Notes: a model not told the origin generated them from the sequence alone. Positions 23,675-35,679 are shown, counted from the first letter of the whole stretch. The stretch: 63,970 bases of DNA, filler included, from Octopus bimaculoides (GCF_001194135.2; 6 parts of 5 records of this genome joined end to end with filler, not necessarily neighbours in it); one strand, 5' to 3'. Numbers and translations: made by a program.

Positions 23675-24203
23675 CGATATTTTCTTTTACCCCAAACGAG
23701 GAACTATGCTGAATAGCTTCTGGTTTTGTGTAAAGGAAAATAGTTTCTGGTTGGGGTAAAAGAAAATACACGAGGATCAGCTTATTATGATTTTATTCAA
23801 CATTCAACATATTCTCCTCTCAGATTCACACACTTATTGCAGCGGTCCTTCAGTTTTTCTAAGCCCTATAAAAGAACTCCGAAGGTTGGGCCTTGAACCA
23901 GGCCTTTCGCGACACCTTTAAAGCCAGGAACTTTTCAGCGCCACTGCCCTCGTATCTTTGAAGTATGAACATGCTTCGCACACGCACACGCACACGCACC
24001 ATTTAATGGACACAGTATAAAAACACCAACTACTAATATAAATTTCTTGCTTAGGAGAAGCAAGAAAGTAGAAGTAGCTCATATCTTTATACTATGTACG
24101 TTAAATGATATTTATCTCTCACTGGGTGGAGTACCTTTTTGTTGATGTTACCTTAACGGAACAATAAACTACACACACACAAGTACACACGGCACACTCA
24201 TTG

Positions 24204-24236
<33 letters not shown>

Positions 24237-24486
24237 CACATGATATATACACATATACACATGAACGTTTTTGTTTAATAAACGAAAGTAAAAGAACTGT
24301 ATATATTATGGGGGGAACAATCAGTTGCTTGTGAGTAGCTGATGCCATGATCTGCAGTACTTAGAGCTCTTCATCTTCTGCATTCATTTTAGCGAAATTC
24401 TACCTGAAAGAACAAAAACACCAGGAAAGCCTCAGAACAGCGACGGCGCGGAGTGCCAGCTGCATATTCGTAAATGTGTATGCACA

Positions 24487-24984
24487 GGCGCAAGAGTGAC
24501 TGTGTGGTAAGAAGATTGCTTCCCAAACACATGGTTCCGGGTTCAATCCCACAGCGTGGCACCTTGGGCAAGTGTCTTTTACTAAAGCCCTGTGAGTGGA
24601 TTTGGTAGACAAAGAAGGAAAGAAGCCCGCCGTATATATATATATATATATATATNNNNNNNNNNNNNNNNNNNNNNNNNNNNNNNNNNNNNNNNNNNNN
24701 NNNNNNNNNNNNNNNNNNNNNNNNNNNNNNNNNNNNNNNNNNNNNNNNTGTGAATGTATGTGTGTGTTTGTTATTTGTGTCTGCGTTTGGCCCCCACACA
24801 CCATCGCTTGACAACCGATGTTTGTGAGTTTACGTCCCCGTCAAATAGCGGTTCGGCTAATGAAACCGATAGAATAAGTACTAGGCTTACAAAGAATAAG
24901 TCCTGGAGGCGATTTGTTCGACTAAAGGTGGTGCACCAACATGGCCGCAGTCAAATGATTGAAACAAGTAAAAGAATAAAAGAA
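24487..24984 (+). mobile_element. SINE family B spanning a gap
   Basis: Head and tail intact. Confidence 0.88.
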
Positions 24985-25381
24985 CATGCAAATACACACA
25001 AGCACACGCGCGCGCACTCATCCATCCATCCATCCATCCATCCATCCATCCATCCATCCATCCACACATACATACATATATACATACATGTATACGTATA
25101 TACACACATGGTTATTTTAATATGATACCATTTACGTTTTGCGTATAATGGGTTTCTATTAAGTCAGGCAAACTGTTAGCAACACAAGAGAATGCTCGTT
25201 CCTTTCTTTCCAGTATACCAGCGGTGACTGATTTCCTCTTCGTATGTGCTTGACTGTTATTACATGCTATCATTCGGAACCCAGGATGTCTTGCGTCCGT
25301 CCATGTAGCATGCTCTTACTCATTGCTTTAGTTGCCATTGTATTCACGAGCAAACTTAAACACCTCCTCGACCATCTAAAC

Positions 25382-26043
25382 AAGTGGTTTTCAACCGAGG
25401 TTCATATAAGTTTTTGGCTGGAGTGGGGTGTGGGTTTACGCAAGCAAAATAGTAAAATGGGGGCCAACAGTAGTATATTCAGGATCCATGAAACAATTTT
25501 TACTTAAAATGTATTATTGCAGAAAACAGCAAGGTTTCTTTCTCTGATGTTTTTCTTAGTCTAACCTACACAAGTGAATATGTGAAAAGCAAAAGCGGAA
25601 TTTTGAAAGAAGAAGTATCTACTAAACTAGTTTTTAAACATTGACTGCTTATGGGCGTCAACGAGACGGGTGCGTGGCTTAGTGGCTAAGGCATTTGGCT
25701 CACGATTGTAAAGTCGTGAGTTCAATTCCCGACGATGCGTTGTGTCCACGTTGCTCCAGTCCATTCAGCTGGCAAAAATGAGTAGTACCTGTATTTCAAA
25801 GGGCCGGCCTTGTCACACTCTGTGTCACGCTGAATCTCCCTGAGAACTTCTTAAGGGTACACGTGTCTGTGGAATGCTCAGCCACTTGCACGTTAATTTC
25901 ACGAGCAAGCTGTCCCGTTGTTCGTATCAGCTGGGACCCTCGTCGTCGTAACCGACGGAGTGCTCTTTATGAGGGTCCACCAGAATAAAATAGTAATCGA
26001 AGGGGTCCATAGATAAAAAAATTAAAATGTTTGAGAACCAGTG
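25382..26043. mobile_element. hAT MITE (MITE 2 family) with a nested SINE
   Basis: TIR aAGTGGTTTTCAACC / GTTTGAGAACCAGTG; perfect TSD atctaaac at 25374-25381 and 26044-26051. Confidence 0.85.
25661..25965 (+). mobile_element. SINE, family D head plus family C tail, nested in the MITE
   Basis: ggcttagtggctaagg...gagttcaattccc, then the family C tail from gtacctgtatttcaaaggg. Confidence 0.8.
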
Positions 26044-26644
26044 ATCTAAACTCTCATTTGAAAATCTATGTTGTCACATGTGGAAGGAGGGAGTGCTAAC
26101 GCCAGCATCGAGTGTTACACATTTCAATACAATGGACTTAAAGAATGTGAAATGAAAAGCACAACAAATCGTCTCGTCTAGGAATGGAACTCATGGACTT
26201 ATGGCCATGAAAATAACAGCCCGACCACTAGACCTGTCATCAGCCCCATTACATGTATGTAAGTATGTATGTATGTATGCATGTATGTATGTATGTATGT
26301 ATGTATGTATGTATATATATATATATATACAGATGTATGCATGTGTGTATGTATGTATGTATGTATGTATGTATCTAAGTATATATATATACAGATATAT
26401 GTATGTATCTAAGTATCTATACAGATGTATATATGTGTGTATGCATGTATGTATGTATGTGTGTATGTATGCCATTATTCAGTTGTATTTCAAGATTTCT
26501 TACCAATAGAAAAAGAGCGAGTTTCTAACCTAGATCCATGGCTCCTTCAATGGAATTTCAACAACACCAACAGTAGTATTGTTGTATGTATGTATGTATA
26601 TATGTATATAAGTGTGTGTGTGTGTGTGTACGTAAGTATGTATG

Positions 26645-26702
<58 letters not shown>

Positions 26703-27254
26703 NNNNNNNNNNNNNNNNNNNNNNNNNNNNNNNNNNNNNNNNNNNNNNNNNNNNNNNNNNNNNNNNNNNNNNNNNNNNNNNNNNNNNNNNNNNNNNNNNN
26801 NNNNNNNNNNNNNNNNNNNNNNNNNNNNNNNNNNNNNNNNNNNNNNNNNNNNNNNNNNNNNNNNNNNNNNNNNNNNNNNNNNNNNNNNNNNNNNNNNNNN
26901 NNNNNNNNNNNNNNNNNNNNNNNNNNNNNNNNNNNNNNNNNNNNNNNNNNNNNNNNNNNNNNNNNNNNNNNNNNNNNNNNNNNNNNNNNNNNNNTATATA
27001 TATATATATACACACACACATACATACATCTGTGCACAGTTAGATGCACGATTACTGCTGTATGACTAATAACTTCACGTAGATTATCATGTGTGTGTGT
27101 GTGTGTGTGTGTGTACGTGTGTGTGTATGTGTGTGTGTATGTGTGTGTGTGTGTGAGTGAGTGAGTGTATCATGAGCTTGATTGGACAGGTGTCTGCTCC
27201 TAATGGGAATGACGAATTGCGTAGGTAAGTTCGGAGGAGCAGAAGTGTTGTTTT

Positions 27255-28015
27255 ATGGAGAAGAGATAAAATAACAGAAAGAGATGAAAAGAAAAATATG
27301 GGGGAAGGGGGGGAGAAGAAGCAGGAGAAAAAGAAAAAAAACAGAAAAGGTAGAAGACGAAGAAGAAGAAAAAGAAGAAGAAAGGAAAGAAAGAAAGACA
27401 GAAAGAACAGAGGGAAGGAAAGGAGGAAAGGACGAAAGAGAAAAGGAAAGAAAGAAGGAAAGGAAGATAGAAAGAAGGAAGAAAGTAAAGAATGAAGGAA
27501 AGAGAGAAGGAAGGAAAGAAAGAAAGGGAGAAGGAAAGAAGGAAGAAAAAAGAAAAGAAGGAAGGAAAGAAGAAAGGAAAGAAGGAAAGAAGAAAGGAAA
27601 GAAGGAAGGAAGGAAAGAAGGAAGGAAGGAAGGAAGGAAGGAAGGAAAGAATGGAGGAAAGAAAGAAGGAAGGAAGGAAGGAAGGAAAGAAGGAAGGAAT
27701 GAACGAAAGAAGAGAAGAAGGAAAGAAAGAAAGAAAGAAGGAAGGAAGGAAAGAAAGAAAGAAGGGAAGAAAGAAGGGAGGATCGAAGAATGAAGTAAAG
27801 AAGGAAGGAAAGAAAGAAAGAAGGAAGGAAGGAAAGGAAGAAAGAAGTAAAGAAAGATGGAAAGAAGGAAAGAGAGAGAGGGGGGGAGAGAGAGAGAAAA
27901 TGAGAAAGAAAGCAAGAAAGAAATATGAGAAAATTTAGAAGTAAGTTAGAGAGGGCAATTGGGGTGAAGAGGTAAGCTCAGACAAAAATAAGAAGATAAA
28001 AAGAAAAAGAGGCAA
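27255..28015 (+). repeat. Long polypurine (GAAG/GAAA/AGA) tract
   Basis: Almost exclusively A/G on the + strand over about 750 bp. Confidence 0.95.
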
Positions 28016-28044
28016 GTCAAATTTGTAGCTGAATAACAGTAGTA

Positions 28045-28240
28045 GAGGTATGAGACGTTTTGCCTCAGCCGTTTTGGCGGCGCAGATATGGCGTCGCTGA
28101 TTCAACGCTGACTTAGTTGACAGCAGACTTTTTAATGTTGCTCACGTTTTCCCCTCTTTCCATTCCCCGCCTTCTCCCTGTTTATATGTGTGAGCATATT
28201 TCTCATTTTACATATGAGGAGAGGGAAAGGGTTTATGTCA
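28045..28240 (+). repeat. Unclassified dispersed repeat (family F)
   Basis: Homologous to 20700-20935 in the opposite orientation. Confidence 0.7.
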
Positions 28241-29393
28241 GTCTGCTCTGGCCCGGACAAGGAGTACTTGTTAGGGCTCCATTTATGGGTTAAATAATTA
28301 CCTTACTCGAGTGGTGCCGGTAAGTTATTATCAACCATTGAAAAGAACCATGGAGAGTGTACTTAACAGTATAAGGGTTAGAGCTCCTAACTACACTGTT
28401 AAGGAGCAGCCTGGTCGTTATGACTCTGCTGGCTTAGAGCCATATATGAAACAAATGTGTAAATTTATGTATAATTGTGCATGGCTGCGCGGTCAAGAAA
28501 CTCTCTTGACCATGCAGCCACGATGTCAGTGAGGATGTGATCACATTCACTTACACGCCATGGAAACCAGGTAACCAGGCCTACGAGTCCTCGGACACGA
28601 GACACTAATGTTCAAGCGATTATCTTTTTCAACACTTAAGAAGTGAATACTGGAGGTAAGCTTCGGTTGGATTTGAACAGAGAATGTAATCATAATTAAT
28701 TTCATTCCCTTTTGAAGTCGGTTGCTGCAGTTTTCCATCTAAGTGGGTGAGTTATTTCCTGGAGAAGATAGATTTGGAATTCAGACGAGTGAAGAAAGCT
28801 GATGAAACGAGTTCAAGATGGCTGTCGTTGATAAAACACTGCAATTAGAATCCTTCCATAAGTGAAGACTAGCTCAGTCCTCGGTGCCCGATTCAGATGA
28901 AGGGTACAGGCTAAAGGGTTAAACGCTTATGACCCTGAGATACCTGTTGACGGTACAAAAAGGTTTCCAGCATTGCTATGGATTTAGAAAAGCATGCAAA
29001 ACCACAAACTCCAGCAGTTCCTGCGTCGGTCAAAACATCTCTGGTGTTTACTTTACCAACTTATTCTAGTCTTCAGCAGTCACGGCTATTTTTATGATAA
29101 TTACTACACAAGCTGCAATGAAAGTCGCAAGTAGTGCGCACCTACACGTTCTTCAATAAATTGAAGGACACTTAAGACGTACTTACCGTAAACAAGTTGA
29201 AGATCGTTTGCTTCCGATACAATCTCTAGCTTGGCGCTTGGTATTTAATTAGCGGAAAATGTGTTTATATTGGGAGTAAACGGAAAACATTTAAGGTCCA
29301 TTAGACTACACACACACACACAAACTAACACACATATACACACACACACATTCATATATGTATATATTATGTATGCATGAATGTGTATATACT

Positions 29394-29424
<31 letters not shown>

Positions 29425-29452
29425 CATACACTCACACACACTTACACACACA

Positions 29453-29507
<55 letters not shown>

Positions 29508-30635
29508 TAAATTCATATAAATGATTTTATGAAAATGTATATATATACATATATATATACATTGATACATGTGTGTATGCGTGTGCGTGTGTATGTGTGC
29601 GTGCTTGTGTATATAAGAGGTGTGTGTTTGTGTGTATGTGTGTGCATGTACGTTTGTGTGAAGGCGTAGGTTGACTGAATGCTTAAGAAACTTGCTTCGC
29701 AACCACGAGGTCTCAGTTTCGACCTCTCTGCATTGCATTTTACATAGAGATTCATATTGACCCATATTTTGTGAGTAAAACTGTGCAGGCGGAAACTGTC
29801 CAGAATCCCGTTGGATGGATTGTAACGTGTAATTCAATGGCATAGAATTGTCACACATTGTGTCACACTGGTTATTCTTTCCGTTACCAGTACACTTGTC
29901 TGAAATTCTCAGCACCTTTGGTATTAATTCAGATACAACCGAACAACTAAATCCCTGTTACCACCATATCCACCATGCACACACACACGTACACACGTAC
30001 ACACACACGCAAACACACACACACATTCAATATATACATTCACACATACACACATCTATATTATGTATATGTGTGTATGTGCATGTGTGCATGTGTGTTT
30101 GTATACATATATATATATATATATATATATANNNNNNNNNNNNNNNNNNNNNNNNNNNNNNNNNNNNNNNNNNNNNNNNNNNNNNNNNNNNNNNNNNNNN
30201 NNNNNNNNNNNNNNNNNNNNNNNNNNNNNNNNNNNNNNNNNNNNNNNNNNNNNNNNNNNNNNNNNNNNNNNNNNNNNNNNNNNNNNNNNNNNNNNNNNNN
30301 NNNNNNNNNNNNNNNNNNNNNNNNNNNNNNNNNNNNNNNNNNNNNNNNNNNNNNNNNNNNNNNNNNNNNNNNNNNNNNNNNNNNNNNNNNNNNNNNNNNN
30401 NNNNNNNNNNNNNNNNNNNNNNNNNNNNNNNNNNNNNNNNNNNNNNNNNNNNNNNNNNNNNNNNNNNNNNNNNNNNNNNNNNNNNNNNNNNNNNNNNNNN
30501 NNNNNNNNNNNNNNNNNNNNNNNNNNNNNNNNNNNNNNNNNNNNNNNNNNNNNNNNNNNNNNNNNNNNNNNNNNNNNNNNNNNNNNNNNNNNNNNNNNNN
30601 NNNNNNNNNNNNNNNNNNNNNNNNNNNNNNNNNNN

Positions 30636-30670
<35 letters not shown>

Positions 30671-30846
30671 AACATACGAACCTACTTCGTCCCGCTTCCT
30701 TCTAGTTCGTTGAATCCAACATTCCGTGGTTGCAAAGTGAGCTTCTTAAACACACAACATGATCAACACTTATGATGGAAATGAATTCGCCTTAAATCTG
30801 GAACTAAAACAACAACTAATTAACCTTCTATTTTCTGTATTTTCAG

Positions 30847-31239
30847 ATGATGTCCTTGAATCCACAAGACTTCAAATGTGTACCCATACTCTATAGTTCT
30901 GCTGATCAGAACAGCATGATTGTCATAAACAATGTAAACAGAGTGGACAGTCGTTCTAACGATGCCAGTATAAAAGGCAATGTGAATAACGGCCAGAAAG
31001 CGATGCAACGTACTGACAATGTTGCTAAGCAACTTCGAAATGCTGTTGATCTCCAAAAGGACACCAGAAGCAATAATTTCAGTTACACAGAAAGATCTGG
31101 TGCAGCATTCAGTTTATCCGAAGATCTGCTCGTTAAATCAAATAAAAGTAGTTCTACAACTACCAAAGAATCTTCAAGATCGCTCCAGTGTACGGTGCCT
31201 TTAGCCAATGTGAAGTTTAACCGCAAAGGATTTCGGTAA
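30847..31239 (+). CDS. LRR protein, coding exon C (end of LRRCT plus Ser/Thr/Asn-rich region)
   Basis: Acceptor ttttctgtattttcAG|ATG. The phase-0 join gives PRNVTGLK|MMSLNPQDFKC, supplying the fourth LRRCT cysteine. The ORF ends at TAA 31237-31239, but a possible donor cg|GTAAAT at 31236 overlaps that stop. Confidence 0.8.
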   Translation: MMSLNPQDFKCVPILYSSADQNSMIVINNVNRVDSRSNDASIKGNVNNGQKAMQRTDNVAKQLRNAVDLQKDTRSNNFSYTERSGAAFSLSEDLLVKSNKSSSTTTKESSRSLQCTVPLANVKFNRKGFR

Positions 31240-31274
31240 ATATAACATTTTTTTTCTTGCCTTTAACCCTCCAA

Positions 31275-31545
31275 CGCAGAGTATAGGCCACTTGTTTTGC
31301 TCCCTAATCGAAACTTGATTCGTTCTTTGCCATAGCTCCATATTGCTTATGTGTTCGGGCCATCTAATTTTAAGTATACTACGCAAGCATCTGTTGATGA
31401 ATGATTGTATTTGCTTATTTTGACTTAACTGTTGTTCGCCATGTCTCGGCCCCATACAATAACACCGCTTTTATGTTAGTGTTAAAAATTCTTATTTTGT
31501 TCTTTATTGAAATTACACTTGCGCTCCATACTTTTTTAACAGGTG
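31275..31545 (-). mobile_element. RTE LINE 3' fragment (duplicated copy, probably artefactual)
   Basis: QSFINRCLRSILKIRWPEHISNMELWQRTNQ; identical to 31743-32013. Confidence 0.8.
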
Positions 31546-31742
31546 NNNNNNNNNNCAGAAAGATCTGGTGCAGCATTCAGTTTATCCGAAGATCTGCTCG
31601 TTAAATCAAATAAAAGTAGTTCTACAACTACCAAAGAATCTTCAAGATCGCTCCAGTGTACGGTGCCTTTAGCCAATGTGAAGTTTAACCGCAAAGGATT
31701 TCGGTAAATATAACATTTTTTTTCTTGCCTTTAACCCTCCAA

Positions 31743-32300
31743 CGCAGAGTATAGGCCACTTGTTTTGCTCCCTAATCGAAACTTGATTCGTTCTTTGCCA
31801 TAGCTCCATATTGCTTATGTGTTCGGGCCATCTAATTTTAAGTATACTACGCAAGCATCTGTTGATGAATGATTGTATTTGCTTATTTTGACTTAACTGT
31901 TGTTCGCCATGTCTCGGCCCCATACAATAACACCGCTTTTATGTTAGTGTTAAAAATTCTTATTTTGTTCTTTATTGAAATTACACTTGCGCTCCATACT
32001 TTTTTAACAGGTGAAAAGCGGTCCTTGCCTTACTTGTTCTCGTCTTAATATCTTCGTCGGTGCCGCCTGAGAACGTTATCTCGCAACCTAAATACGTAAA
32101 CTCAGTTACATCCTCTAGTTCACTGGTTTCTAGTTTAATACGTTCACTGTTTTCTTCATTAACGCGCATAATTTTTGATTTGTCGCGGTTGACTTTCAAT
32201 CCTAGTTTGGCAGCTATTGCTTCTAATTTTGACGTTTTATTTTGCATTTGGTTATATGTTTGTGAAAGTAGCGCTATATCATCTGCAAAGTATAACATAA
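31743..32300 (-). mobile_element. RTE-clade LINE fragment
   Basis: YFADDIALLS...GLKVNRDKSKIM...FTYLG...KARTAF and the LLYGAETW remnant. Confidence 0.92.
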
Positions 32301-33012
32301 CAATAGAAAATGTATGCAGAAGTATTTTTTCCTCGAAATTTCTGTCATATTACACAGCGGTCCGTCTATGTCTGCCATGTTCTCTAGTATTTTTGGACTG
32401 CTTACATGACATTCTAGATGAGAAATGTAGCATGTTTGGTCCTAGCTCAATATCTTTCCATTTCTGTGAAAGAAACAAGCACTGTTTATTGAAATGGAAT
32501 GGAACGATCTTTTTACGGCGCAGTTGATTTTGAGGGAAAGACTTGCTTACAAAACTTGCTTGTGCAAATTAACAGGAATCGCCAGGAAATAATGCGTACC
32601 GTTTCGGGACCTTCCGATGACAAGTGAAAGTGTGTGAGAGATAGAGATAGATAGATAGATAGATAGATAGAGAGAGGTAGAGAGAGAAAGTGACAGAGTG
32701 ACAGAGAGGGAGGAAAGAGAGAAGATCTTTGTACCACGCTGTATCATGTTGTTCCTGCCTCAATGTTAAGTGAAGTGCACACAGGCGTGCGTATGCGCAT
32801 CGCATGTGTATGTGTGTGTGTTTAACTGTACGTGTATATGCACGAGTATGTACTTATGGTAAGCGGGATATTGAATCCATACAACAGGGTCCACGGTCCC
32901 TCTTCACATGTCTTTACTTTGAAGGAAGAAAAGACTTTTCAGTGTGCGTGTATGTGTGTGGGGGTATANNNNNNNNNNNNNNNNNNNNNNNNNNNNNNNN
33001 NNNNNNNNNNNN

Positions 33013-33024
33013 TTAATTAATTAA
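33013..33024. other. Artificial gap linker TTAATTAATTAA
   Basis: 44 N on each side. Confidence 0.95.
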
Positions 33025-33074
33025 NNNNNNNNNNNNNNNNNNNNNNNNNNNNNNNNNNNNNNNNNNNNTATATA

Positions 33075-33225
33075 GACACGACTTTTTTGCACACGGTTTC
33101 AGTCTAACAAGTTCAATCACAAAGCCCGGTATAGTAGAAGACACTTGCCCATGCTACTGCACAGTGGGACTGAAACTGAAACCACGTGGTTGCAAAGCGA
33201 TTGTCTTAATCACACAACCATGCCC
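33075..33225 (-). mobile_element. SINE family B head, degenerate
   Basis: tatagtagaagacacttgccc...cagtgggactgaa. Confidence 0.7.
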
Positions 33226-33789
33226 CAAAAAACTTCAAGTAGATACTTGACCTCAGTAATCTACATATCCCTCTCCCCAAATCATAACGCGGATTCAAAC
33301 CACTACACGGAAATACCAATATTATTCACACACATAAAAAGCAAAGGATAGATAATGCCCTCAATAGCAACGAAAAATTAATACTTTCTCACACATACCG
33401 TTCTAAAAACCATTAACATTCTTTCCTGCAATCTACTTAAACAACAAAATACTCAACAGTTCCTTGATGAACATTACCAAATTATGTCAGGTTACCAATG
33501 TAAAAAGAAAGAGGTAAACGAAAAATAATAAAAACACTTTCAGAAGTTGCAATTTCCTGAAAGGAGTACCACTTTGGACTAAAGTGATGCAATTTTCCCA
33601 TACGTTCTCACGACATAATCCCCTCCTCATGCTCTGATAACAAAATACTTACCTATAGCCTCTATTCCGTAAGTACAACTACAACTAATTTATCCTAAAA
33701 TTTTGAGATTTGCTCTTAGGTCTTTTCCGAACGTAAAACTTCATTAGGCTAAAATTTAACCAGGTTTTCATGATGTATTAGAGACATAG

Positions 33790-33915
33790 AGACACCGAGA
33801 GTACAGTACTACATCCTGGACGAAATGCCAGTCCATCACAGAGTTGACTCCTAGCTGTTAATGATACTCATTTTCAGCTTAGTGGATTGGAATAACGTGA
33901 AATGAAATTTTATTG
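33790..33915 (-). mobile_element. SINE fragment with V-domain-like motif
   Basis: Minus strand ccaatccactaagctgaaaatgagta...gatggactggcatttcgtccagg. Confidence 0.6.
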
Positions 33916-34981
33916 TATCTCGCGAGGGTCATAATGCTAATAATAAACACACGCACTGCTTCTATTTCATTTCTTTTATTATTAGAGTTCAACTAGTTTA
34001 CCATTTAACTATTAACTATTAACAGTTAACAAATCGAGCGTTTGATTAATCGTTTCGTCAATCAATCAGTTGGCTAGATTTGTCAAAATTCGTCGCTAAA
34101 CTCTGGCAGGTGAGAAAATGGAGAATGTGTCTTCTACTATGGCCTCAGGCCGAACAAAGCTTTGTGAGTGGATTTGGAGCAAAGCTTTGTGAGTTTTCCA
34201 GACCGTCTTTACGTCTGCTGTGGCTTGCTACAGAATTTCTGTTTGGATATATTTGGGGTACTTAAATGTACCCATGACTTTGCATCTGTCTTTTCTGTGG
34301 GTATATCTGAGTGTTCCATTTATGTCTAATCGTGTTTCTCGCCGAAAAAAGAAGAATCCTTGTGGATTAATCCGGAAATCGGTTAAATTCGGAAATAACG
34401 AATTAAAAAAAAAAAAAATCTGTTAGCTTGCTTTCTTCGTTTCAACACGCTCTGTATTTATAGTGAAAAATATTGTATGTGGTTAGAGGTTCTAAAGTGT
34501 ATATTTTCAGCATATTGGCATAGACATTTTTTTTCTTTTACCCTTATTTATGATTATATATATGNNNNNNNNNNNNNNNNNNNNNNNNNNNNNNNNNNNN
34601 NNNNNNNNNNNNNNNNNNNNNNNNNNNNNNNNNNNNNNNNNNNNNNNNNNNNNNNNNNNNNNNNNNNNNNNNNNNNNNNNNNNNNNNNNNNNNNNNNNNN
34701 ATATATATATATATATATATGTATGTATATACACATATATATAATCATAAATAAGGGTAAAAGAAAAAAAATGTCTATGCCAATATGCTGAAAATATACA
34801 CTTTAGAACCTCTAACCACATACAATACATACATACATACATACATACATACATACATACATACATACATACATACATACTATCGTAAATATGAGGGTAA
34901 TAAACTAAAATAATTTATTACCCCTGGTTAGCATGCATAAACAAAAGTCATAAGACAGCATATTTTTTAAAATATAAAATA

Positions 34982-35385
34982 TTTTTATACACAAAGAGGA
35001 GACCATTGACAGGAATCCTTGCATGCTAAAAAGGCCAGTTAAAACCCAGACCACGAAAAAGAGAATTCATGAGGCACTCCAGAATAACACCTATTCGAAT
35101 TTTTAATGGATAAAGATGAAGCTGTCTTGCGCATGTATTTTGGGTACGTATTTGCAACTACATAATTATTTATTAATTAACGATTTCGCTGATGAGCTAG
35201 ATTCCAAATTAGTGTATTTGGCAATTAATAGCGAAACTCGAGTTCGGGGTTGACTTTTTTTTTTTTGGTTCTAGTGTTATAACGGCGTGCCTCATGAATT
35301 CTCTTTTTCGTGGTTCGGGTTTTAACAGGCCTTTTTAGAATTTTAGGGGGTCCTGGCAATGATCTCCTCTTTGTGTATAAAAATA
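34982..35385. repeat. ~100-bp inverted repeat enclosing a hammerhead motif
   Basis: 34982-35080 pairs with 35287-35385 (gaaaaagagaattcatgaggcac / gtgcctcatgaattctctttttc). Confidence 0.88.
35178..35253 (+). ncRNA. Putative type I hammerhead ribozyme
   Basis: CUGAUGA at 35189-35195; helix II gcua/uagc with an inner ccaaau/auuugg stem; GAAA at 35233-35236; palindromic helix III ACUCGAGU; GUU site; wobble-rich helix I. Confidence 0.7.
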
Positions 35386-35471
35386 TATTATACACTCTTA
35401 TATTCATAAAGAATGAACGAAACCTCGGTATTACGTAAATAGATGAATTCATTGTCCTATATCATATAAGT

Positions 35472-35679
35472 CAGGCAGTAGTGACCAATGGAGCCACCTC
35501 AATGAAAACACAAATAGTGAGCGGTGTTCCACAGGGCACTGTCTTGAGACCACTGCTTTTCATAGTGGGCCTCTCAGATATGCCCTCAACTGCCCACATA
35601 GCCACCCTTGCTAGCTACGCAAACGATACGAAAGTCTCGTAGAAAATACAGAACCCCAGCGATGTTGCACATCTGCAGC
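35472..35679 (+). mobile_element. CR1/L2-like LINE RT fragment
   Basis: QIVSGVPQGTVLRPLLFIV...SYANDTKV, with an internal stop. Confidence 0.85.

Noticed and set aside
27253-27938. K/E/R-rich and F/S/L/P-rich ORFs of 150-220 aa
   Set aside because: Translations of the polypurine tract, which cannot contain stop codons on the + strand.
28620-29230. Possible decayed hAT fragment (SRWLSL motif)
   Set aside because: A single short motif amid stops; unsupported.
31088-32013. 458-bp perfect tandem duplication including the 3' part of LRR exon C
   Set aside because: 31088-31545 appears identical to 31556-32013 across a 10-N gap, the signature of unmerged contig overlap rather than exon duplication.
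34471-34827. Perfect 94-bp inverted repeat (34471-34564 / 34734-34827)
   Set aside because: Perfect identity and abutting an N gap and microsatellite; most likely a misoriented contig end. Long reads would settle it.
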